From Balamuthia mandrillaris (Eukaryota): a DNA stretch of 64,000 nt. The stretch spans positions 186,001-250,000 of the forward strand of contig JAVKOQ020000040.1 of NCBI GenBank assembly GCA_031835245.2, given 5' to 3'. Each line of letters begins with the position of its first letter. Within the stretch, counting starts at the first letter, position 1. Both the position numbers and the translations under genes were made by a program. Of this stretch, positions 21,217-30,843 are shown piece after piece. A model generated the notes under the pieces. It did not search any database, was not told the DNA's origin, and was given only the letters and a program-made list of their open reading frames with translations.

Positions 21217-21539
21217 ACGCAATATTTTCCGCAATTTTTATTGTCTACAAAAACCTATCGGCATTATAATGCTGATAGTCATGTCATAGTATTTTCATCT
21301 TTTTTGTGGACAGGGTGAAAAAGGATATATTTGGCTGCTTTTTTTCCTTTCCCTTATTTCCTCTTGTCGACAATTTTCCCCCTTTATATCCCATAATATA
21401 AGCGAAAGTACTCCCTTTTCTCCATTGCTGTTTGTCTCCAAGGGCCATGGTTTTGTATGGGTTTTTGTGGTGTTTGTTTTTTGTCTTTTATTTCACTTCC
21501 TTGTCCTTTAAGTCGTAATTTTGGGCTACCCCCCACTCC

Positions 21540-21730
21540 AAATTCGACATGGCTGGTCGATAGAAGAGAAAGCGTTGCCCTCTTTTCCCTGTCAAACAAC
21601 CATTCCAGGACCCAAAAACATTCCACCTGACGCTGCAAAAACACGCAAGGGTATCTTTATGCTTTTCTTCTCAGATTTTCTTGAGCAGCGCATTCTTCCC
21701 CACTCTCAAGAAACCCCTTGGGTAGCCCAA
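21540..21730 (+). pseudogene. Possible remnant of a second piggyBac transposase N-terminus
   Basis: WSIEEKALPSFPCQTTIPGPKNIPPDAAKTRKGIFMLFFSDFLEQRIL resembles the F..PGP.....P..F.LFF.D segment of PGBD proteins. Confidence 0.4.
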
Positions 21731-21916
21731 AATTACGACCTATCATCGGAAATTAAATTATCAATGATGAAGCTGAGGGTCCAACATGAGGAGTCTAGAG
21801 ATAAGATTAGTCTTTTCTGTTAAATCGACTAATTTTAATACGGATTGCGCACGAAGACATTGGTTGCCTTTTCGGTTGCAAGCAGGAGCACTACCGGCAA
21901 AAGAAGAAAGAAGGGC

Positions 21917-22720
21917 ATGATGGCGGCAGAGAAGAGCAAGGAGGAGGCGCCCGGTCTCTTGGGCATCATCGGCGGAACCAGCCTTCTGCAAAGCAGCTAC
22001 TTTGCGGCGCTGGAGCGGCGGACCATCGCCACGGACCACGGCGAGGCTGTCCTCCACTTTGGCAAGGGCTTCGTCTTTGTGCAGCGGCACCACGCCGACC
22101 CCTCCGACGAGTACCGGCCCCCTCACCTCATCAACTTTTGCGCCGTCGTCTCCGCCCTGCACAAGGTGGGCGTGCAGCGGGTCATCTCCTTTGGCAGCGT
22201 GGGCTCCCTCCACCAGGACCTGCAGGTGGGGACCCTGGTCCTGGCCGACGACTTCTTCTCCGCCTTCAACCCCCAGCTGAGCCTCTACACGGACGCCCGC
22301 AGCCACGTGGTGCCCACCATCGATGCCGACCTCCGCCAGACTATCCTTTCCCTCCTCACAAAGGACGCTCACTCCCTCCAGCTGCGTTTCTTGAGGGAGG
22401 AGGGCACCTACGTGCAGACCCAGGGACCACGCTTCGAGACCAAGGCCGAGATCAAGGTGCTGGCTGGCTACGGGCATGTGGTCGGCATGACGGCCGCCCA
22501 TGAGGTTGCCCTCTGCTGCGAGCTCGGCATCCCCATCGCCCTGCTCACCATGGTTGATAACTATGCCAACGGCGTGGCCACCGTCCCGCTCACCGTCCAA
22601 CAGTTCAAGGAGGGCGTGCTTGCCAACCAAAAGACCGTTGAGGCCGTGTTGGGCTGTCTTTTGGCTCACTTTGCCCCTGCTGCCATTGCTGCCGCTTCCT
22701 CCTCCTCCTCCTCTGAATAA
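21917..22720 (+). CDS. MTAP/PNP-family nucleoside phosphorylase, probably 6-oxopurine/MTIP-type
   Basis: Intronless; LGIIGGTSLL, QRHH, PPHLIN, SVGSL, QGPRFETKAE, VVGMT, VDNYANG. Confidence 0.9.
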   Translation: MMAAEKSKEEAPGLLGIIGGTSLLQSSYFAALERRTIATDHGEAVLHFGKGFVFVQRHHADPSDEYRPPHLINFCAVVSALHKVGVQRVISFGSVGSLHQDLQVGTLVLADDFFSAFNPQLSLYTDARSHVVPTIDADLRQTILSLLTKDAHSLQLRFLREEGTYVQTQGPRFETKAEIKVLAGYGHVVGMTAAHEVALCCELGIPIALLTMVDNYANGVATVPLTVQQFKEGVLANQKTVEAVLGCLLAHFAPAAIAAASSSSSSE

Positions 22721-22734
22721 CAATATAACTTTTC

Positions 22735-22850
22735 TTGTTCTTCTTCTTCTTGTTGTTCTTGTTGTTCTTGTTCTTGTTCTTCTTCTTCTTGTTCTTGTTC
22801 TTCTTCTTCTTCTTCTTCTTCTTCTTCTTCTTCTTCTTCTTCTTCTTCTT
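22735..22850. repeat. (TTC)/(TTG) microsatellite
   Basis: Lies between the converging MTAP-like and RPC8 3' ends. Confidence 0.9.
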
Positions 22851-22942
22851 GGTTGCTTTGCTTCTTGTGGTATGACTATATACTTCTTACTGCGTTTGTT
22901 TTTTGGTTTTTTTTTATTTGTTGGAGCTGTTCAAACGTTTCC

Positions 22943-24075
22943 TTACCACCAGTCCAGCATCCCCAATCCATCTTCTTTGCATGTCCCCTTTTTTAAGTGG
23001 TTGATGTTCGTTTGTTTCATCAGTAAACGGAAGAGGGAGAGAGAGACAGAGAGACAGAGGGAGAGAGAGACAGAGAGACAGAGGGAGAGAGAGAGCGAGA
23101 GAGCGAGAGAGCGAGAGAGAGAGAGCGAGAGAGCGAGAGAGCGAGAGCGAGAGAGCGAGAGAGCGAGAGAGAGAATGAGTACCAGAATGGCCATGGGAGG
23201 ATAGGCGTGACTGTCAGAGGAAGAAGAAGAGGAGGAGGGCTCGTTTTTGTTGGCATTGGCATCAGGCATGATGTGGTCTGGCTTTTTGGGTTTGAAGGTT
23301 TGCTTGCGTGGCGTTTCGTTGAACTGAAGGGAGGTCACCCGGAATCGAAGCTCAAAGCCAGGGTCCATGAAGAACCTGTGCTGCTCCCCTGTCTCGGATT
23401 GGTACTCCCACACCCATAGTTTTTCTGCCTTGTCGCTGTTTCTTTGTTAGAGAGGGCACCAAGGAAGTAGAAGGAAGAAGAAAGGAGCAAGAAGAACGAG
23501 AACGAAACAAAGAAGAGAGAAGATAGAAGATGCAGAGGAGAATAACAAAACTAGAAAGACGGCTCTTGAAGTTCTTCCTTTGGAATAAACACATCCTCAA
23601 AAAAGCCAAGCGACACTGCAAGAAAACAAAAATAAACACTTTGCTGCAGCAAGAAGAAAAAAAGAACAAACAAACCAGTGATGCCATCGGGAGTACTGTG
23701 CCGTAGTTTGCCAACGATGACCTCTCCTCTGAACGGCCGGAAGACCACCATACGAAACGTTACTTTGGTGTGTGCGGAGCCATCGCCGGGATAGATGAAG
23801 CCGTCTCCTACTTTGACCACATCGTAGAGCGTGACGCCCAACCCAACTTTTGGGATCACCTGTATGCGTTTTTGATTCCTTTCTGGTCAATCTTACCTTT
23901 CTCTCATCGATTGCAAAACAAGAAAGCGGTGCCGAGCACGAGACAATGGAATCATGATTTAATTTACCTTGTCTCCATACTTTTTGTTTAGCTCCGTTTT
24001 TATGGCATCCAACTCGTAGGAAAACTTATGCGGCGGCACCTTGACCGTGTCCGACAACAGCACCAACACAAACAT
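22943..24075 (-). CDS. POLR3H: RNA polymerase III subunit RPC8 (Rpc25)
   Basis: MFVLVLLSDTVKVPP...ELNKKYGDK-VIPKVGLGV...IYPGDG...FRMVVFRPFRGEVIVGK...SLGFFEDVFIP...EDGLGMLDWW*. Confidence 0.95.
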
Positions 24076-24436
24076 CCTTTTTCTTCTTCTTCTTTTTTCT
24101 CTCTTTCACTTTCTTCTTCTTCTCTCCTGTCTGCCACTCCCGCTCTCTTATCCTCGATCGCGTCCTCGCTCATGTCTTCTCTCTTTACCTCGAGTCATCT
24201 CTCCTATCCTCGATCCGATCCTTGCTCATGTCTTCTCTCCTGTCCTCTAATTCTCTCTCTTATCTTCGATCATGTCCTTGCTCCTATCCACTCTCCTTTC
24301 CAGGTACCTTGCTGACGTGGCGTCGTTCCCCAAAAAAGAAATTCAAAAAAGAAAAAGAAGAAAAGAAAAGAATAAAAAACAAAAGATCATCCTTGGAGGG
24401 CGAGGAAGAGAGGAAGGAAAAAAAAATAACGAGCAG

Positions 24437-25342
24437 ATGGCCACGTTTGACGAGCTAAGAAAGGAGGCACGCAAGCTGGAGACCACGTTGGACCTCAAGC
24501 TTGTGTCCTACTCCAAATTTGGGGCCAACTTTGCGCACTCGAGCCTCCTGAGGGAAGGCAGCTCTGACACGGTCTCCTTGCTGAAGAACAGCGAGCATGT
24601 GGCCAATTCTATGGCTCTCGAGGTTGAGCAGCTACTTTCCAAGGTTTTCCTCTCTCGTTCTCCCTCCTTTAGCCTGTTTTTTTTAAAAATATTTGAAGTT
24701 CACTTCTGACTCTGTGAAAAAATGAAAAAGCTGTCTGAACTGAACGAAGAGATGGGGCGTTGCGCCACTGCTATCAATTATCCTCACCACCTACAACACC
24801 ACAGACAAAAGTTGCATGAATACTCACAGGAGTTTAACAAGACTAGGGTATTCTACCTGCCTGCTCCCTCTTGTTATGCTCTTCCTCTGTTTTCTTCTCT
24901 GCTGTTTTTTTTTACTTTCTGCTTCGATGTCTTTTTTGTTGGCTTGCTTTCTCTTTGTCCCTCTCCTTCTCTCTCTCTCTCTCTCTCTTTGCTTTGTCTC
25001 TTCTATTTCATGTCTCTGCTCTTGGCTAGCTTCTCCATTGTTTAACTCAAGGTGATCCTTTTTTTTTTGGCTTTTGCAGTCAAACATTTTGGCCACGCGA
25101 GAACATGCCGAACTGTTGATATCTGTACAGCAAGACATCACGTACGGCTTATCCCTTGCCTTATCGTCCTGCTCGTTTGCTTTGTGGTGTTTGCCTTTGC
25201 TTCTGTCTAAACCTCTTTTAGCAATATCAAAAACTCGGGCTTCAGTTCGCGGACAGACAGCCTTCTTCGTGAACGTAGTTCTATTCATGGTTCCGATCAT
25301 GTATTAGACCTTCTTACTGGGTTTGTTACTCGCTCTCTTTCG

Positions 25343-25376
<34 letters not shown>

Positions 25377-25698
25377 GCGTTTATTGTTGTCTCTCCCGTT
25401 AAACCAACCACAACAACAGACAAGCGCAGGATGTGCGAGAGGCTGTTGCCTCACAAAGAAACTTTTTGAGAGGAACCATCTCTAAATTATCAATAGTGGG
25501 AGGTACTTTATCTTTTCCTCTGCGCTTCATTTCGTTCGCTCACCAACACTTGCTTTATCGAACAAAAAAGGGAAGCTACCGGGCATAAGCAGTTTAATAG
25601 GCACTATCAGGAAAAAGAAGTCGAGAGACTGCCTCATTCTAAGCCTCTTCATCGCATTTTGTATCTGTTTCATACTATTCTATTGGCTACGAAACTAA
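24437..25698 (+). CDS. GOSR1: Golgi Qb-SNARE GOS1/GS28
   Basis: MATFDELRKEARKLETTLDLKLVSYSK, LQHHRQKLHEYSQEF, LLRERSSIHGS, LPGISSLIGTIRKKKSRDCLIL plus C-terminal TM; multi-exon. Confidence 0.92.
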
Positions 25699-25778
25699 TC
25701 CCTTTTGATCTCCATAAAATTCATTTTATTTATTCATCACTAAGGCGTATCTTCGCTTTTTCGTTTCTTTTCGCTGCT

Positions 25779-28700
25779 TTACTGAGGGCCACGGGGTGGC
25801 TGCTGCTGAAACTGTTGTTGAGCGCCAAGCTGCTGGGGCTGAACCAGCTGTTGCAGTTGTTGCAACAGTTGTTGTGTCTGTTGCGGATTAACAGCTGGCG
25901 GTTGTAGTTGAGGAGGTGGCACGGGGGTGAATGCTGCTCCTTGTTGTTGTTGTTGCAAAGCGGCCAACTGAGAGAGAGCAACCACTGCTGGATTTTGTGG
26001 TGGCTGGTTGTAGACTGCTGTTTGTTGTTGGTATTGTTGTTGATGAGTATAGCCATATGAAGATGAAGATCCACCATAGTTGTTATAAGGTTGCTGCTGC
26101 TGGTGCTGCTGAGGATAGGAAGAAGATGAGCGATCATTGTTGTAGTCCCGATAGCCTCCTCTTCCTCCACGACCTCCTTGCTGATAATGGTGATCACGGT
26201 CATCTCGTGGTTGTCTTCTATCGTAGCTTCTTCGTTCATCCCTGTAATCTCGGCTTCCGCCTCCACGATGGTGCCTGTCATCACGCCTTTCGCCATCATG
26301 GTGACGTGGTCGACGATCTTCGTAGTAATCATCTCTTCTGTCATGGCGACGGTTGCGGTCTCTGTCATCATCACGATGGTGGCTGCCACCTCTATACTGG
26401 CCTCCACTGCTTCCTCCATATTGACGACTTTCATAGGAAGGAGCGTTGCCCAATAGTCCTGGTTGTTGTGCCCCGCCACCATCATGACCACCGTAGCCTT
26501 GTTGTTGGTAAGGTGGATAATGTGGTCCGCCGCCATAGCCATGGGGTTGATAGTATGGACCACCACGGCCACGGCCACCGCCAGCATTCCATCCCCCTCT
26601 TCCTCCTCGCACAGAGTATGGAGAAGAAGGCAGATGATGGTTGAGCATGCGTCCTGCATGTTCGCGGTGAAGACGCGTCGTTCTTAAGCTTGAAAAGTCA
26701 TCCTGAGAAAGAACAGGAGGCGGCGGTACGCAGCCAGAAAGCAGCTTCGAATCGAAGATGTGGCCCTCCGGAACGGGTGGCAAGTCGAAGATGGCTTTGT
26801 AGACCTGATTGTTGCGTGTGCCAGCCACATCAGGGATTGGACATACAACCTCTGCACCAATGGGCAGAGCATTCTCTACTCGGCGAATGGTGCCGTTGAA
26901 GCCATGCGTCAAGGATGGATCAAGAGTTACGCCTTCAGCCGGTGATGATTTGTCTTTCTCTTTGCTTGATCCTTCTTTTCCTTTTTCTTGTTCTTCCTCT
27001 TCTTGTTTCTCTTTGTCTTCGGGTGTTGTTTCAGAGCTTTGCCTTTCTTCGTAGAGGGAGGCAAATAACGGGGCAGCAGGATGAGAGCTATGAACATAGA
27101 GGAGATGGTTGCCCATTTGGTTTCTTGACTTTTCTTCTTCGGAGAAGGATCTTTCTATCACTTTCATAGCGCTTAAAAGGCGGTCCTCATCGATGAAGGG
27201 AAGAAGCGCCACCGCCTGCCAAGTATATCTTTTACCATTCATGTCCAAAGCAAAATCTTCTGGATAGAAATCAATGATGCTCGAGTCTGGATCACTCATT
27301 GCCTTTTGACATGCCGGCGGCAAACAATGGCCGCTTAAAAACAACAGAAAAAGTCAATTATGAACCCAAGATAAGGGGAGAGGTAGGGAATGGTGAGATT
27401 ACCTGGCAGCAGGGAGTACACTCATGAGCTGCTCAAACGGCTTGAAAGGTGTACCCTGTTCCATGGACGGGGACTCAGTGCTAATGTACTGCATGTCTTC
27501 AGCAAAGGGAGAATAGTGGAATGGGTAGTACCAGCCCCAAGAACGGCAACCCTGGTAGTAGTACCGCAACACCCAAACCAGCCCCTCTGCGTAGGCCTCT
27601 GCTAAGGTTGTCTTAAACCCAACATCGTTCTCGTCCACGTTGAACTTTTGTCTGTAGTAGCGCTCCTTCCAGCCCGCTTCTCCCAAGCGTACATCATCGG
27701 GAGGTTCCGGCTCTGACTCGTCATCGTCACGAGCGGATAGTAGCCCTTCAGTTTTATCGCCCGTCTGCTTTCCTTTTTCTGCTTCTGCTTCTGTTTCTTC
27801 TGTTTCTTCTTTTGCTTCTCCTTCCACTTCATCATCCGGGCTAGCTTCTTCTGCTTCTGGGCCTTCCATAGTTTCTTCTGCTTTTTGCTCTACGCCTTCG
27901 GCATCTTCGTCGTCATCATTAGCCATGATGGAAGCTTTAAGTGCCTGGGCGGCGTCTTTGTTTGTTTTTTTAGGGCTTTTGGCGATCGCTCTGCCCGTCT
28001 CATCTAACCGCTGACGTTTCTGGTCTCTCTCCTCGTTGCGAGCGAGGTGTTGAGCCAGCTCCTCCGCTTGCCGTTTCCTTGCCATGCGCGCTCGCCTTCT
28101 GCCTTCTTTTCTTCTCTGCTCTCGTCTTCTTCTCTCAACAAGAATACTGTCTTCCATCTTCCCCACTTCATGCATCAGCTGTTTGACCCTCTTGAGGTCG
28201 ACTTCTCCGTGTTTGGTCAAGTAGCCACCAAGAGAGGGCAGCATTTGCTTGTAGAGCGTGCAAAGGCGGTCAATAGCCTTCTCTCGAATCTCCAGTGTGG
28301 GTAGATGCGGCAAGAAATCGTTGCCCACAAAAAAGCAGAGAAACACAAAGTCATCAATCAGCCTCTCTAAGTCGTAGTCCTTGCTGTCTCCCCAAAGGCA
28401 CTCACCAGGCGGCCGGAGGTCCACGTCCAGGTATTCCCTCAAGATTGGAATGTACACGAACTGAAAGGGCTGTCGCTTAAAGTCTTGCTCGTCGAACTCG
28501 CCTTGCTTCTCCCGTGCTTTACCTTTACACTCACTGGCCATGTGGCCTGGCTGTCCGCAGATGAAGCAGTTGTTCTGGTTGTTCTGCAAGATTACCTCTC
28601 TAAGGATGTAGAAGTGGGGCTCATGTGTGGCCAAAGACAACATTATCAAGTCAGCATCCAGCCCGTAAAGTACATGGCGAGTGTTGGGATCATAGCTGGG

Positions 28701-29445
28701 TTGCGCCCTTTGGTGCCGTATAAACTCCATAATCTTGTGCTCACCTTCTCCTGGCACGTTCGCATCCGACAATATCACTTTTACCTGTTATTTTTTTTTT
28801 TTTTTGGACAATCAGAAAAAGAGAAGTTAGAGAGATAAGAGAGAAACAAAGGCAAGCAACATACTCCTTTCCATCCAGGATCTGTGTTGAGGCGTTCCGT
28901 GATATAAAAGTCGAGTGACTCAGCCACTCGCGCCATGAACTTGGTTCCTGGTGTTATTACATTTGAATCAAACTACATTGAGAGAGAAGAGAAAGAGAGA
29001 GCGAGAGAGAGCCAGAGAAGAGAAAGAGAGCGAACGGGAGATTAGAACATTACTTGAAAATCATAAATATGTGAAAGGAGAAACGTACACGGTGCTCTTT
29101 TGGAGGTGGCGCCTCTCGGCCCATTTTCAACAGCTCTTGACGTATCTCTTCCTCCTTCTTGGCCTTTTCTTGACTCTCCTTGCTAGCTTTAAACCTTCTG
29201 CTACGTTGTTGGTTCATCTTTGCTCTTGGAGCCACTCCATCTAGAGCAAAACACAAAGACAGAAGTGTCAAAAAAGGACTCGCACATCAAAGAAAAAAAG
29301 GGACATAACAGAGAAATGTTGAAAAGCACATACCGATGGCCATGAACAAAACCTTTCGAGGCCTCACGATGGCAAAAAGGCGGTCAATGTACTCAAAGAT
29401 GGCCTTCATGATTTCATCTTCATTTTCTGGTTGAGGCTGCAAAAA

Positions 29446-29483
<38 letters not shown>

Positions 29484-29498
29484 GAGAGGCGAGGGTAT

Positions 29499-29542
<44 letters not shown>

Positions 29543-29812
29543 GAATTAAATTCAAAAACGTTGTACAATTTAATCAAAAGATATCTTTTTTCACTGTTTA
29601 AAAAAACGAACCTTTCCTTCAGGATGAGCACAAGGGTGAATGATACCGTTCATGTCCAAGTAGAGATTATCAAACTCGAGGCCGTTGGGATTCGGTTTGG
29701 AAGTGTCCACAAAAACTTCCACGCCATCCACCTCCTCGTGTTCTTCCAACACATCCTTGAGGACGCGCGGATACTTTAGGCACAGCCAACGAAAGAAAGC
29801 AGGCACTCCCAT
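25779..29812 (-). CDS. XRN2: 5'-3' exoribonuclease 2 (Rat1)
   Basis: [66 protein letters not shown] knuckle [29 protein letters not shown]-rich tail. Confidence 0.97.
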
Positions 29813-30059
29813 GTTGCGTGGTGATTCTTCAAACCTTTCGTTTTCTGGTGGGTCAGAGGGCGGAAGGGGGGAGTTTGGATTCCTGCTTGCGGTCTTTCAA
29901 CGGAACCTGCCCTATTTTTTTTCTCTTTCTTTTCTTTTTCTTTCCTTCTTCTTTCTTTCCTTTTTTCAACCGATTTTATCGAAATTCACCAATATTATCG
30001 ATTTTTTAACCTAATTTGACAAATCAACTCGATAATTGCCAATCAGAGGGAGTGAGAGC

Positions 30060-30098
<39 letters not shown>

Positions 30099-30843
30099 AG
30101 AGAGAAATGTTGTTTGGTTCTTGATAGGTTCTCTCCTTTTTGTTTTGCTTGGTTTTTTCCTGCACCGCATGTAAGTGTAAGTGTCTTTGGATTTGTTTCC
30201 GTGTGGCACATGGGATTTGAAAAAAAATGTGGGAGCAATGGAGGCACCAACGGCACTGAGATAGCAAGCAAAGGTGTACTATGTAGCTCCTCCTTTTGGA
30301 GTTCCTCTGCGGAAGTGCTCTTTCAGAAGGGAGACAAGAGGAGGAAAGAAAAAACTCCTTTCGCTATGAACCGCTTGTTCCCGCGCCCTCATACGAATTC
30401 TCACGAGGACGACAAGAGGAAAGAGGAAGAACCTCTCTCTCCTCATCCATCGCAAGGGTGGGCGTCTGGAAAGCTTTCACGTCAAAGAGATGAATCCCCC
30501 AAAAAAAAAAAGGAAGCACACCATTGACGCTAAAACCAGAATGAGCCATTCCAAAGCGTATTCCTTTGGGGTTTTTTTCTATTTATCACCACCTGTCACA
30601 AGACTTTAGCTTATGGGACTCCAATACTCTTCTCGCTCTCTCTCTCGCTCTCTCTCTCGCTCTCTCTCTTCTCTCTTACCGGCCAATTGCACAAAGAAAA
30701 ACAGAGCTCATATGAACGATGGACAGAAGATGGGGCACAGAGAGAGATACAAACAAAAAAAAGGGGTAAGATAAATAAACAGGGAGGTCTTGAGTGAGCC
30801 TCGCCCAACAATCTTAAAAGCATTGTTAAGATAGGGTCCCCCA

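Larger units (their letters stand above)
18211..21324 (+). mobile_element. piggyBac-superfamily DNA transposon with ATAT target-site duplication
   Basis: ATAT (18207-18210) | CCTTTT ... AAAAGG | ATAT (21325-21328); 27-bp internal inverted repeats at 18220-18246 and 21254-21280 (2 mismatches); encloses a piggyBac transposase. Confidence 0.88.

Noticed and set aside
21329..21480. Lost N-terminal coding exon of the Crinkler-type gene beyond the transposon
   Set aside because: Rejoining the flanks gives an open frame but no recognisable domain or nearby in-frame ATG; it looks more like leader or promoter sequence.
21761..22723. 320-aa minus-strand ORF
   Set aside because: Antisense shadow of the GC3-rich phosphorylase gene.
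25730..26659. 309-aa alternative-frame ORF
   Set aside because: Overlaps the low-complexity C-terminal tail of XRN2 in another frame, with no independent support.
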